DNA of 64,000 nucleotides. Origin: Vicugna vicugna. Its lineage: Eukaryota. Below are positions 39,861 to 52,759 of the stretch, piece after piece. How positions within the stretch are numbered: the first letter of the stretch is position 1; each line of letters opens with the position of its first letter. The position numbers were made by a program, and so were the translations under genes. The stretch is taken from contig MU058456.1 in NCBI GenBank assembly GCA_013265495.1, positions 1 through 64,000 of the forward strand, read 5' to 3'. The notes beneath the pieces are model-generated. The model ran no database searches and had not been told where the DNA came from. It saw only the letters and a list, made by a program, of their open reading frames with translations.

Positions 39861-40395
39861 TTTTTTTTCGGTATGAAACTTAGAAGTGGCCTGTTTACTT
39901 ACTGCTTTTGTTTAAGTACGTTTAGGTCACATTTCATTATTGTGATTTTAGCATACCAGTATATTTGTTCCCTTATTTATTTTGTCCTTCCAAATCAGAA
40001 TTTTATATTTTGAGTCATTTTAAATGTACATATTTGAACTTAATTTATATAAACTTCCATTTTGGAATAAGGATGCTTGAAATATAAGTTCCATAGTTCA
40101 CCATATTCAACCGCGACCAATTTTTTATGACCTCAACAGAAAATATACCATATACTTATTTTCACTAAATGCATTTTGCCCAGGGCAGAGGTGTGAGGAT
40201 ATAAATCATTCTGAGTAGTCCAATGTCTTCAGAGCCATAAAAGCAAAAAACAGTGAGATCTTTTCTGGTATTTGTGTAGGTATAACTCATTCAGTTTTAA
40301 TGACATTTATAATGCTTATTTGCAAAAAGATTAATAAATGAAATATTTAAGGAATCTTAAGGAATAATCAATCCTTTTTCACCTTTTTTTAATAG

Positions 40396-40513
40396 CAACT
40401 TTTTAACTGTCAGTCTCTACACAAGCTGAGTTTGCCTGATAATGATTTAACAGCATTACCAGCATCTATTGCAAATCTCATTAATCTCAGGGAACTGGAT
40501 GTCAGCAAGAATG
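40396..40513 (+). CDS. ERBIN: Erbin exon 4 (LRR)
   Basis: [39 protein letters not shown](G); aatag| acceptor and |gtaag donor; 118 nt, phase consistent. Confidence 0.97.
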
Positions 40514-40984
40514 GTAAGATTTTTTTGCCCTTAACTTTTTGTACTTAGGAACATGTTATATTATATTACTAAAATTTCGGCTGTGTTTTAGCAAATAATA
40601 AGATGAAACTAGAAAGTCAGATTGTAATTAATGTATTGTCCTATTAGATTTCATATATATTTATATCTATAAATGATCAATGAGAGCTTAAAGCAAGGTA
40701 GAGAGTAAGTATAAACAATTTAAAATGACCATTTAATTAAAATGCTGTGGATACATACATGTACATAGGTATATATATCTTTAAATTTCTGTATTTATAT
40801 ATAGTCACTGCCCTGTTCATAATGATGAGAAACTGGTAACAACTGTAATGACCCTTGTTCATTACATAATTTGATACATCCATAAGAGTGGACTGTAGTG
40901 TAGCTCCCTCAATAGTGACATAAAATATTTACAGTGTAGTATTAAAGGTTAAAAAAAAAGGTTGTACAATGTAAATGAATTGAA

Positions 40985-41105
40985 CATCAACAAATATTTA
41001 TTGAGAGATCACTCTGTGCCAGATACATTTTTAGGAGCTGGAATTACAGTTAATGATGAGAAGTAAAAGGATATGGTCACTGTTCCCCTGGGGCATATAG
41101 TCTTG
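40985..41105 (-). mobile_element. L2 3' end fragment
   Basis: caacaaatatttattgag..actctgtgccag..taggagctgg. Confidence 0.65.
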
Positions 41106-42404
41106 ATTTAGTTTTGTTTAGTTTGATCAACATTGAAGGAAGTGTGGTAGATATATTCCGAAAATGTTAAGTGCTTACCTTGGAAGGAGAGAGAAGTAGA
41201 AACTTAAATTTTAGAATGAACATATTATATTGGAATAAAATTGGAATAAGCATTTCCCAATAACAAGGAAATCCTTATATATAACCACAGTGTCATTATC
41301 ACTCTCAAGAAATTTGACATCGCGTTTTTCGTTGCCCAGTAGTGTCCTTTTTAACTATTTGCCCACACTATCCCCACCTTCAAGTTAAAGATCACCTATA
41401 GCATTCCTGTAAGCGTTTAGTTGTGTCTCTTTGATCTCTAAAGATCAGGAATACTTTGCCCATTTTTATGACATTGTCGTTTTTGTAGAGTTCAGGTCAG
41501 TTGGTTTTTAATTTGTGTGAGTTTTCTTCTGATGATTTCTGCTTGATAAATTCCAGAGCAAATGGACTTGATTCATTACCATTGTAGATCTTTGTATGCT
41601 GACAGTTAAGTAGTGTTACAGAACTTTAGAGTTGTTGTGACAATAGAAATCATTAAGTGCAATGTTCTACCCCAAAGGAGTATCTTTTCTACTTTTTGTC
41701 CTTTTTAAATGAGAGATGTTAAGGTGTAAGGAAAGAAACATGAAAGAATCTGGGTATTATTGATAAAATTGTATGCATCTGGGAAAGGTTAGTAAACCAT
41801 GCCACTGGTTTTCATGGTATGAAACTATTACTTGGCTCAATATATCCTCCTGATTTATTACTCAGAATTGAGAATGGTATAATTATGGCCCTGCAGTATC
41901 ATTAAATTAATATCTTAGACTTTAATGCAATTTCTTAAAGAGTAATGTGTTTAAGCTATGACAGCCTGTTGCACTGTAGTGTTCCCCCCCCCCTGTTTTT
42001 TGTCCTAGTTTCAGCAATTCCTTGTTGCTTGTATCTGCTTTATACAATTCTATCAGCTTATGAGTGTTTTTGAGGAGTTGTAGATAATTTGTATATGACC
42101 AAAAGACTTAGGATAAACACTACCACTCATTGTATTATACCTGGTCCGTATCATACAGCTCTTAACCTCTAGCCAGTATCATCATTTGAGTATACAGTTC
42201 CTGTTAACACTGGAACTCAGTGTTATATTCTGTACTGTTTATTACTAGCCTTTATTACTATTTTTAACACCTTTTATTGTGATTCCTATGCAGTAAACTA
42301 CACATATTTCAGATGTACAATTTGAGGAATTTTGATAGATGTATGCACCAGTGAAACTGCCACCACAATCAAGATAGCTAACATTTCCATCACTCCCCAA
42401 GAAG

Positions 42405-42810
42405 TGCGAATTTTTAATTCCCAATTTATCCCTTCCCACCTCCTTTACCTCCTGGTAATCATAAGTTTGTTTGTTCTCTATTATGTGAGTCTGTTTTTGT
42501 TTTGTAGATAAGTTCATTTGTATCCTGTTGTCTAGATTCCACGTATAAGCAATATCATATTACATTTTTCTTTCTCTTTCTGACTTCATTTAGAATGACA
42601 ATCTCCAGGTCCATCCATGTTGCTGCAAATGCCATTATTTTATTCTTTTTTATGACTCAGTAGTATTCCTCTGTGTGTGTGTGTGTGTGTAAACACATCT
42701 TCTTTATCTAGTAATCTGTTGATGGACATTTGGGTTGTTTCCATGTCTTGGCCAATAGTGCTGCTGTGAACATTGAATTGCATGTGTGTTTTCAAATTCA
42801 GTTTTCTTCC
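42405..42810 (-). mobile_element. Younger L1 3' region, antisense arm of an inverted L1
   Basis: Homologous to ~19800-20200 and reverse-complementary to ~30840-31190. Confidence 0.85.
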
Positions 42811-43494
42811 CCAAGTGGGATTTATCCTGGGGATGCAAGGATTTTTCAATATCTGCAAATCAATCAATATGATACACCACATTAATTAATTAATGATTAT
42901 CTCAATAGATGCAGAAAAAGCTTTTGAGAAAATTCAACATAAATTTATGATAAAAACTCTCCAGAAAGTGGGCATAGAGGGAATACACCTCAACATAATA
43001 ATGCTATATATGTCAGACCCACAGCTAACACCATACTCAATGGTGAAAAGCTGAAAGCATTCCCTGTAAGATCAGGAACAAGACAAGGATGCCCACTCTC
43101 ACCACTTTTATTCAATGTAATTTTGAAAGTCCTAACCTTAGCAATTAGAGAAGAAAAAGAAATAAAAGGGAATCCAAATTGGAAAAGCGGAAGTAAAACT
43201 GTCACTGTTCATGGATGACATACTTTTCATAGAAAACCCTTAAGAAGTGACCAGAAAACTACTAGAGCTCATCAGTGAATTTGGTAAAGTTGCAGGATAC
43301 AAAACTAATATACAGAAATCCGTTGCATTTCTAAACAGTAACAACGAAATTACAGAAAAAGAAATTAAGGAAACAATCCCATTTACCATCACACCAAAAA
43401 GAATGAAATACCTAGCAATAAACCTACCCATGGAGGCAAAGGACCTGTACTCCAAAAACTATAAGACACTAATGAAAGAAATTGAAGATGACAT
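42811..43494 (+). mobile_element. L1 ORF2 reverse-transcriptase fragment, sense arm of an inverted L1
   Basis: Encodes ...KLLELISEFGKVAGYKTNIQKSVAFL...KTLMKEIEDD; degenerate LF(A>M)DD catalytic motif near 43205-43219; frameshifted. Confidence 0.92.
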
Positions 43495-43529
43495 ACATGT
43501 ACTTTGGCATTTACTTCCATTTAGAGCAT

Positions 43530-44400
43530 GAGCTGGACTTGGATTTTAAAGATTTACTCTGCAGGAGCACTATGGTACAAGGGTGAAAAGTAACCACTTT
43601 AGGTGCTCTTCTGTCGCCTCTGGTGATAGTGGTGGAAGTTATCAGACGTAGACAGACTCTAGAAACACCTGAGGATTGAGTTAGCACGATTTCGTGCTGG
43701 TTTTGATGTGGGATGTGAGATAAGAGTCAAGGAGATCTCAGTGGTATTGGTCTATCATGCATGTGGAAGGATAGAGCTGGTGCCAGCTGAGATGGGGGCA
43801 TCTATGGGAGTTGTAATTTTTAATGGAAAAAATCAGCTTATTTTAGGACATGTTACATTTAAGATAAGATATCCAAATGTTAATAGGAGTTTGGAGTTCA
43901 ATCAAGAGGAAAGTGTGCTAGCTATACATATTTGGGAGTTGCCAGCATATAGATGGTATATAAAGCCTGAGATTAGATACAATCATCAAGGGTGTGAGTA
44001 TGAAAGAAACGAGGCCTAAAGAGATCTGGAGGAAGGAGAAAGTTTCAGAAGATACTAAGAAGGAACACTGCTGAGGAAGGAAGGAAACCATTAGAAGGAA
44101 AATACTTGTTTTCCTTGCTACATTTTAGCTCTCAAGAAAAGGAACTATGTCTCAGTACCTACAGTCCATAGCATAGTGTCTGGCACTGTGTGTGTATTAG
44201 TTGGTACATATTTGCTAAATAATACAGAGACTAGGTAATTTTAGTTTGGGATATATTTTATTTAAGGTACCTGAACAATACCTAAAGGGCATTTGAAAAT
44301 TCTTACCTGGAGTTAAGGAGAGGGGAGGGAGTCGGAGATACAGATTTGGAACCTGAACATATGTATGGTAAGAACTGAACTCATAGTAAATACATTGCTG
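43530..44400 (-). mobile_element. L2 fragments (with a + strand L2 3' end at ~44110-44225)
   Basis: tttgggagttgccagcatatagatggtat..aaagcc..gagattagat and gcatagtgtctggcac..atatttgctaaat. Confidence 0.65.
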
Positions 44401-45859
44401 GCAACTTGTAAAAGCAGAAAACCAATGATTATTTCAAAACTACTTCCTTAGGACAAAATTACTACTACTTATCTGGAAGTGAAGATGATTTAGAATTACT
44501 AATTTCACAGATACTTATTGGTTACTTTTTATAAACCACATGCTATGGAATAAAGTACTTTAAAATTTGAAAAATAATGAAGTATATGTTTGTATTTATG
44601 GAAGATGATGCAAGCATTAGTTTCCATTAAATATTAAAATTGTAGAAGTCTTGACATAGAACTCTTAAGGTTATTCTTTCTTTATATAAAATTTTAGGTC
44701 AGTAGAACATACTATAGTGTTTGGTCTTTTTCTCCTTAGATAGACTTTATCATGTACTGAAATTATTATAGCTCTTGGAATGATAGAATTTATGTATACT
44801 ATTTCAAGATACATTATAGACTTTAGCTATATAGCTCATTTTATTGGCTTTTATTAACTTTTAAAATGAAATGTGGCTCAAATGAGAACAGTATAGAATG
44901 CCCTTCCCCCACCCTCCCTGTAAGTGTGGATTTTTTTTTTTTTTTTGTAAGTGTGGTAAGAATTATTCAGCACAACCAAGTGGGACTGACCCATTCTGGG
45001 CATTCAAGGCTGGTTTGATATTTGAAAGTGAATCAGTGTTATTCACCACATCAGTAGGCATATGACAAACTTAGTAATTCTATTCTTTGGTGTTTACTCA
45101 AGAGAAATGAAATACATACCATTTGAAATTAAATATAGTAATTTTCAAAAAGTGTTCATAGCACCTTTTTCATAGTACTCCAAACCTTTTCCTTTTTTTA
45201 CTCTATTTCTCTTTGTCGCACATCTGCCCTGGGGGTCTCTACTGCCATCAAATATATATCCCTTAGGCCTGGCAGTCACCCTCCTAAAAATATGTGTAGC
45301 CAGTTTAGCAAAAGGGTGCTATTTTAGTGTATTAGGAGGGTTATTTTAATGTATCCTTAGTAGAATTATCGCTTGAGACAAATAATTTGTTAGTTGATAG
45401 GAAATTAACTCCTAAATTTGTAAGATTCAGTAACATTAAATATTTTGTATGTACATAAATGGAAGAAAAGAAGGAAGAAAAATTAGTGTAAAAAATAGAG
45501 ATGTTATTATTGGCAGGTAAGTCAAATTTAACCATTGTTGTACAAAAGTACAGTATACTAAACAGTTACATGTGTTTAGAACAGAGACTTGAGTCTGCCT
45601 AAATAAGACCTATTACCAGTAATATAAGAAGCAAATAGATACTATTAAGTAATTCATTGAATAAGTGCCCTAAAATATACATTTGAAATGTTTAATGTCC
45701 AGGTAAAAGGAATGCTTTTTAGTAGTTCCATTTTTGGGACTTGTAATAGGGTTGTCAAGTTTTAATTTTACTTTTAAGAAAATTCCTGTCCCTCATTCCC
45801 TCCAAAAGCAACATCTCACATCCCTATTACCTTAATTTTATTTAAAAATGATTTTTCAC

Positions 45860-47000
45860 TCAAAAGAAAATGAATCCTATAAAGCCACTAAAGTTTAAAA
45901 CTTAGATGAAATGAAAAATTTCCAAAACCAACTCAAGAAGAAGTAGAAAACTGAAAATACTGAAACAAATTAGTGAGAAAAATTGCTCATCTAGTTTTAG
46001 GGACAACTTTGGCAAAACCTCATGGAATGGGAAAATCTCTTAATTTATAAGAACTGTTCTAGAGATGAGGAAGGGGGAAAGTACTCAACTCAGTTTATAA
46101 GGGTAATAAAACTTTAATAACAAAACTAGATAAAAACTGTTTAAATGTAAATGTTGGGAATCCTTTGCTGGAATGACAGGAGCAGCTCTGTTGTGGATTT
46201 CATCCTCCATCAGGCTCGCCCAGGCATCCCAAGCATGTTCTCATGGGACGGCAAGAGGAACCTGAAAGCTAGTGGAAATGAGGGAGCTTTTTTAAACCTT
46301 TGATTTCATCAACTGTGCTAATGTTTCAGTGGCCAGAACAGAACAGAATCAAGATTAGGGAAATTCCACTTCACATTTTGAGGGGAAGAGCTGGTGCATC
46401 ACATTGCGGAGGGTGGTATAGGGACTGAGATTGTTAATACAATCGGTCTATCACACATACGTAGAAGTGAACTTAGCAGAAAATCTGCAGTATGATCTAA
46501 ACAGAGGAAGAACGTAAAACTGTGGAATAGATCAGTAGAAGAGTGTAATGGAAAAGACTGTCCAGAAACATTACCATGTGAGAATTTGGAATATGATAGA
46601 GATGCCTGTTCAAATCAGTGGAATAAGGAAAACAAATATTTCATTAGTGTTGCTGCAGTGTTTTTATATGGAAAATAGTAAAAACAGAACTTACCTGTAT
46701 ATACTAAAATAAATTGCAGATAGGTTAGGTAATAAGAAAGCAAGAAGTTAAAGTTATTAGAAAATATAGGAAAATATTTTTATGATTTCAGGATAGAAAA
46801 TATTTCTTATGCAAATACATAAAGCACAGCAGTAAAGGAATGAAATTTCTACATGACAAAATACAGAATAGAAATACATGACAGGCTGTGAGAAAACATT
46901 TGATATAGTAGTATTTCTCTAAAGTGCTTACAACCAGTAATTAAAAGGTAATCCAGTAAAAGTGTAGAGTGAACATGAAATTCGAAGAAGATATAAAAAT
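45860..47000 (+). mobile_element. Ancient L1 ORF2 remnants, sense, interrupted by an MLT1-like LTR piece (~46150-46455)
   Basis: aacttagatgaaatg..aaaaccaactcaagaagaagtagaaaa and tatactaaaataaattgcagatagg. Confidence 0.5.
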
Positions 47001-47007
47001 TATCAGT

Positions 47008-47515
47008 GAGAAGCAACCCAAGTATCCATCAGCAGATGAATGGATAAAGAAGACATGGCGCGTGAGCGTGCGCACACACATACATACATAAAATGGAATA
47101 TTGCTTATCTGTAAAAAAGAATGAAATTTTTGCCATTTGCAGCAACATGTACAGACCTAGAGAGTATTATGCATGGTGAAATGTCAGAAAAAGACGTACT
47201 GTATGATACCACTTATATATGGAATCTGAAAAATAAAACAAATGTACATAGCAAAACAGAAACAGAGTAGAAAACTAGTGGTTACAAGCAGGGAGAGAGA
47301 TGGGGAGGGGGCAAGGTGGGGATATGGGGTTAAGAGATACAAGGTATTATGTATAAAATAGATAAGCATCAGGGATATTTTGTATAACATAGGGAATTAT
47401 AGCCATTATTGTGTAATAATGTAATAGAGTATTATCTGTAAAAATGCTCAATCATTGTGCTGTACATTTGAAGCTAACATAATACTGTAAATCAACTGGA
47501 CTTCGATTTAAAAAG
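47008..47515 (+). mobile_element. L1 3' end, sense
   Basis: gaagcaacccaagtatccatcagcagatgaatggataaagaag...atactgtaaatcaact..ttcgatttaaaaa. Confidence 0.85.
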
Positions 47516-48559
47516 TAGGTAAGTAAAGACATGAAAGTATATCCAGCATCTCTAGAAAATGTCAGGAAAATATCTCATTTTAATTAATATTTCTATTTCT
47601 GATGAGGTTCAACCCTTTATATTGGCAAAAAGTAAAGACATAATAAAATGTCTACAAGAATGTGAATAAGTGCTGTGATATGAAAATTGGTATTGCCATC
47701 TGGGAAAAGAATTTGGAAGTATCTGGTGACACAGAACTATGTGTTACATCTTATTCCCGTAGCAAACAGGGAGACAAAGGTTCTCCCCTCAAAGAGCATG
47801 TATTCTTAGTGGTGCCTGGTAAGCAAACTTCTAAAGATAGGTAAATATATGTGAATCTGCTAAACATTGTCCCATGTATCACTAGGTTTTTTCATATTTT
47901 TTCATTTTTTTCCCCTCTGTGTTTCAGAATTGCTAGTTTCTGTCTTCTGTCTTGATGAAATTTTCTCCTACAGTGTCTAGTCTTTCAGTCCTGTCGTGGA
48001 TTTTTCACTTGGGTATTATATTTATCATTTGTAAAATTTCCATTTATTTCTTAGATTCAATCTTTTCCTCCCCAGTATTTTGTTCATTTTTTCCCTTTAA
48101 GTACCACAACTGTTTTAAAATCATGTTTTTGGTTAATCCTGTTATCTAAATAGAAAGAATAACATACTAAACCTGATATGCCTACCAGCCAAAGTCAACA
48201 TTTATCAGTATGTTGTAGTTTCATCTTACTTCCTACTTCGCCACCTCTGATCATTTTAAAGCAAATCAGACAACTTCTTTCATATATAAGTACTTCGGGA
48301 TGAAACCACTCTACTATTATAACACTTAAAAATAAAAGCTGACATTAATTCCTTATTATCATTAGATATCCATCAGTGTTTATATTTTCTGATTTGAAGA
48401 TTTACATGAACTCCATACATTCCAGCAAAAGTTCCTTAAACTAAAATTGAAAAAACAAATTATCTGGAAACTGTTAGGGAAATTGAATTTTAATAACAAC
48501 ATTGATAAAAATGTCCCTTAAGGAATCATTGAGCCTAGTTTTGTTTTGTTTTGTTTTTT

Positions 48560-49220
48560 ATTTTTTGAGATAATTGTAGGTTCACGTGCAGTTTTAAGAA
48601 ACATTATGGAGTGGTGTGGTGTACTTATCACCTAATTTCCCCCAGTGGTAGTATTTGCAATATTATAGAACAAAATGATGTTGACATCGATACAGTCCTC
48701 CACTCTTAATCAGGTTTTTCCAGTTTAAGTGGACGTGTGTGTTGTGTATAGTAGGTTTAGATATTCATCAGAGTTAGGTCTCATAGGTCTCCTTTTAACC
48801 TGGGTAGTTCTTTTGTTTTCCTTTGTCTTTTTTGACCCGGACAGTTTTGATTACTGGCCAATTTTACAGGATTTCCCTTTATTTGGAATAGTTTGATGTT
48901 TACTTATGATTAAATTCAGATTGGGTATTTTGGGCAGGAATTTGACAGTCGATGTTGCACCCCTTCTCAGTGCATCTCACATTAGTTGCCCATGATGGTG
49001 CTGTTAACTGCTGATACTAGATTTGAAACAGTTTAAGTGGTGCCTGTGAGATGTCTTCACTTTTTCCCTCTTAGAATTTAGTAACTATCCTTTGGGGAGA
49101 AACTTTGAGACTATATTAATACATTATTTCTCATCTTTGTTTTACCCTCTAATTAACATCCATTGGGCTGATCAGTTATTACTGTAATATTTTCCAGTTG
49201 ATGATTTTGTCATTCATTTT
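48560..49220 (-). mobile_element. Old L1MC-type 3' UTR fragments, antisense
   Basis: ttttgagataattgtaggttcac..gcagttttaagaaa and tgattaaattcagatt..ttttgggcaggaat. Confidence 0.55.
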
Positions 49221-49864
49221 TTCATCATCTGAAATTCTATACTTGGCACTGTGGCAAACTTGCTTACTTAAAATCATCCAGTGATGAAGATGAAAGACCT
49301 TTCAGTGATTCCCCTACTGTCAACCCTGTTGGATAAGCATATTGTGTTAGTGGAGGAATAGGTGTTAACACAGAACTTTTGGAATCTTTTTTTAAAGTCA
49401 TTAGTTAGCATTCCTTTAATCTAGATTATAACAGTACTACTTAAAGTTGGTCTATGGATTTTTGCTAGTTCACAATCTATTGTTAACTGTATTTTTGCTG
49501 AGGTAAGTCGAGGAAATAAGAGTAAGTACTTGGAAACTACTGTAATTTAACTTGTCACATTTGTGTTGTACTTTACGAAAGTTTTGGTGTATAACTGCCT
49601 TAGGCATATCCACTAGCATATCTGATGCGTATTTTCTGCCTCTTCTATCTTAAGCTTTGCTTTCAGCTGTATTATATGTATTAGAGGCCAGCTCAATCTG
49701 GAGCCCAGCATTTAAAAAGTAATGCTGCTTTTTACTTAAGGAAAACAAAAAGAATGCTAAATGTTCTGTGTTTTGTGTCCTTAACACCACATAGAGAAGG
49801 CACTGATTTTTCAGAACAGCTAAGAGAAGGAAAGGAAGGTAAAACTAATTAAGATAATTGGCAG

Positions 49865-49935
49865 AGAGAGGAGGGTATAGCTCAGTGGTAGTGTGTGCTT
49901 CGATGCACAAGGTCCTGGGTTCAATCCCCAGCACC

Positions 49936-49938
<3 letters not shown>
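49865..49938 (+). mobile_element. tRNA-derived SINE (Vic-1-like) head, followed by (GT)n
   Basis: gagggtatagctcagtggta..tgcacaaggtcctgggttcaatccccagcacctcc. Confidence 0.88.

Positions 49939-49991
<53 letters not shown>
49939..49991. repeat. (GT)26+ microsatellite abutting an assembly gap
   Basis: Perfect GT repeat, then 22 N. Confidence 0.98.
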
Positions 49992-50013
49992 NNNNNNNNN
50001 NNNNNNNNNNNNN
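49992..50013. other. Assembly gap (22 N)
   Basis: Run of n. Confidence 1.
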
Positions 50014-50183
50014 AGAAAAGAGAAATTTATTGTGGAGGTGGTTCTGTTTGGTTGATGTTGGTGTTGTCAGTTTATCAGGATTCTATTTAGTTAGTAAATT
50101 TCAAATCTAAAGGTGTATGTTAATTATTAGTATTGTTATGATTGTGTCCTTTGTCATTTGATCACTATTTGTTCATTTTCTAG

Positions 50184-50262
50184 GAATACAGGAGTTCCCA
50201 GAAAATATAAAAAATTGTAAAGTTTTGACAATTGTGGAGGCCAGTGTAAATCCTATTTCCAA
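50184..50262 (+). CDS. ERBIN: Erbin exon 5 (LRR)
   Basis: (G)[25 protein letters not shown](K); ttctag| acceptor and |gtaagt donor; 79 nt. Confidence 0.97.
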
Positions 50263-51359
50263 GTAAGTTCTTCTCTGTTGAATCGTAAGCTACTTTCGTG
50301 AATAAAGCAACTATGAAATAGTAGAATATTACTTTCTACATTTTAATGAACAATTAGTATCAGTCTTAAATCTGTACAAAATTTTAGTGGTTTGGTTTTT
50401 TTTTAATGCTTGAAATATTTTTATCTATTTCAAGGTGTTTAAATGAGCGCATAGAAACACATTCCCCCTCAGGCCTTAAACAGCATAGCCTGGATTATTT
50501 CAATTCCCATAAGGTCTAACAAAAGTTTAGCTTTGTTAAAATGGAGCTTTTTAATTAATCTTTCTAACCCTATGTTTTACAAAGATAAATTTGACATCCA
50601 AACAGATAATGAAAGTGTTTTTCTTCAGGTCTCACAGATGGTTAATGTCAGAAATGAGACTAGAATCCAGGTCTCCTAGCTCAGTGTTACTTGCACAATA
50701 TAAGTGAGTCTTCACCTGCAAATCTGATGTGTTGCACACTCAGACTTTTGAAAGTAATTAAAGAGACTGAAAGGTCAAAAATAAAAACAACAGCAACAGG
50801 GAAAAGCCATGCGATTGGTTGTACCATATGCCAGTGTTCGTATATATCCTTTTATGATGATAATGACTATAAACAACACTTTCCTGGCATCACAGCTGTT
50901 AAATTTTGCAAAAATGGAATGGTGAAGCAACCGATGAATAGTGTGAGGCATAGCTTGGTATAGCTAAGTTGAAAGTTGAAACCAGCTTTCACATTACTAT
51001 AATGCTATATTTAATGAGTTTTTCCAAGCATACAGCCATTTCGCTTGTGAGGGAATATGGAGGGGAGAAAGAATAGGAGTCAAAGGCTTATCTGTCTTAC
51101 TTCAAGACATTTTTATACTTGTTATAATCCAAGACAAACATGGAAAGATAATGTTTTACCTTCATCTGAAAATACTGGTCTAGCATCAAGTTCTAGATCT
51201 GTAATTTGTTTTGTAAGCCAGAGGAAATTAAAGCTATTTGTAGATTCATATATGACCTTAAAATGTTATTCAGCTTTTAATATTATTTCTTCTCATTTGC
51301 TTATTATAAAATTGTACAATATTCAGAGGCTGAATATTAAAATTGAAAATGATCTAAAT

Positions 51360-51573
51360 TAGTGGGGACCCCATATTGCCTTTAACGATTATTTGATAAA
51401 TTCTGGAGATGTTTTTGGTTTCCACAACCTGTGGTGGTGGGCAGTGCTGTTGGCTTCTAGTGATCTGGAGGCTAGGGTTTCTGATAAACATCCTACAATA
51501 CAGAAGACAGCCTCCTAGCAGCAAAGAATTATCCAGCCCCAAAAGTCAATACTGTACAAGTTTAGAATTCCTT
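51360..51573. mobile_element. MER20 hAT-Charlie MITE
   Basis: ctggagatgtttttggtt..cacaac..taaacatcctacaat..cacag..aaagaattatccagccccaaaagtcaata. Confidence 0.8.
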
Positions 51574-51925
51574 ATCTAGTCCTTTGGATTGATGTTAGAT
51601 CAGGAGAATTTTAAGTGTTCCTGTTGACGTTATAGTTATGTCTGAGATACATTTCTGTGTGTTGTGGCTCATTCATAGTTGACTCTCTTGTGTAGATTTT
51701 ATTGAGACAAGTATTGTTTTTACAAAAAGGTGAAGGTGTAAACTTTTAAACACGTAAGTTAGTACAAAAGGCAAATCTAAATTTGAAGATCACTCATGAA
51801 AGTAAAGAGATGACTGTTACTTGTTAAGAACATGTGTTGCTTAGACAGTTTCTTAGGCAGATTTTTAATAAGAAACTAAAATTCTGCATATGAATTTAAT
51901 TTAAATTCTGGTATGTTTTATGTAG

Positions 51926-52015
51926 GCTTCCTGACGGGTTTTCTCAGCTGTTGAACCTAACCCAGTTGTACCTGAATGATGCTTTCCTTGAGTTCTTGCC
52001 AGCTAATTTTGGCAG
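51926..52015 (+). CDS. ERBIN: Erbin exon 6 (LRR)
   Basis: [29 protein letters not shown](R); tgtag| acceptor and |gtaaat donor; 90 nt. Confidence 0.97.
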
Positions 52016-52497
52016 GTAAATTATAGTTTCTTCTAAAACCTTTTCTTTTTAGTTCCTGTAAAATTTACAAAACTATAAATTCCTTTAGTAACATTATTAA
52101 TTACAGTTTCATAGGCTCTTGTTCTGTAATTATTTCAAAGCATTGTGGTTTTTATAGTTCTTTCAGAACTTGTTTTGACTTCGAATTTATTTTCCCAAGT
52201 AAGCAGTAAACAGTGAAAATTTAAAAGAAAAAAGTGTTTTAAAATTTGAATTGGTTTTTAAAGTACATAAAAATAGAGTTTAAATGGGGATGCTTTCTGT
52301 ATATTTGAGATAGAATGCTTTATTCTTAGACTTTATCACTTTTGAAAATGATCTAATTACTGGTTTATCTGCCTTTACTTAAAGTTCTGGAGGAAAGAAA
52401 AATGTGTTTCTGGGGTTCACCCCATTGCTCCCCAACCCGTACACACCCCCAATACCTTACTGAGAACTGTTTTTGTTATATTACAGTCACTGAGTAA

Positions 52498-52620
52498 GGA
52501 GGAGGGTATAAGTCAGTGGTAGAGTGCACGCTTAACATGCACAAGGTCCTGGGTTCAATCCCTAGTGCCTCTACTAAGAAAACAAACAAACAAACAAACA
52601 AACAAAGAAATAAAAAATAT
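52498..52620 (+). mobile_element. tRNA-derived SINE (Vic-1-like) with (AAAC)n tail
   Basis: A and B boxes; TSD agtcactgagtaa at 52485-52497 and 52623-52635. Confidence 0.9.
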
Positions 52621-52759
52621 ATAGTCACTGAGTAACCTTTATAATGAAAAGATGATTGAATAAATGAACAATAGGTATCAAATTATTTTTGTATTTAAAT
52701 TAATTACTAGAGAAAGTGCTTTCCAAGAATATACTAATATTATAGTCATCTTTTTGTCT

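Noticed and set aside
43247..43531. Reverse-transcriptase-like ORF
   Set aside because: A fragment of dead L1 ORF2 with frameshifts and a mutated catalytic motif; not a functional or novel RT system.
49858..50110. ORFs with (CV)n repeats
   Set aside because: Translations of a GT microsatellite across an N gap.
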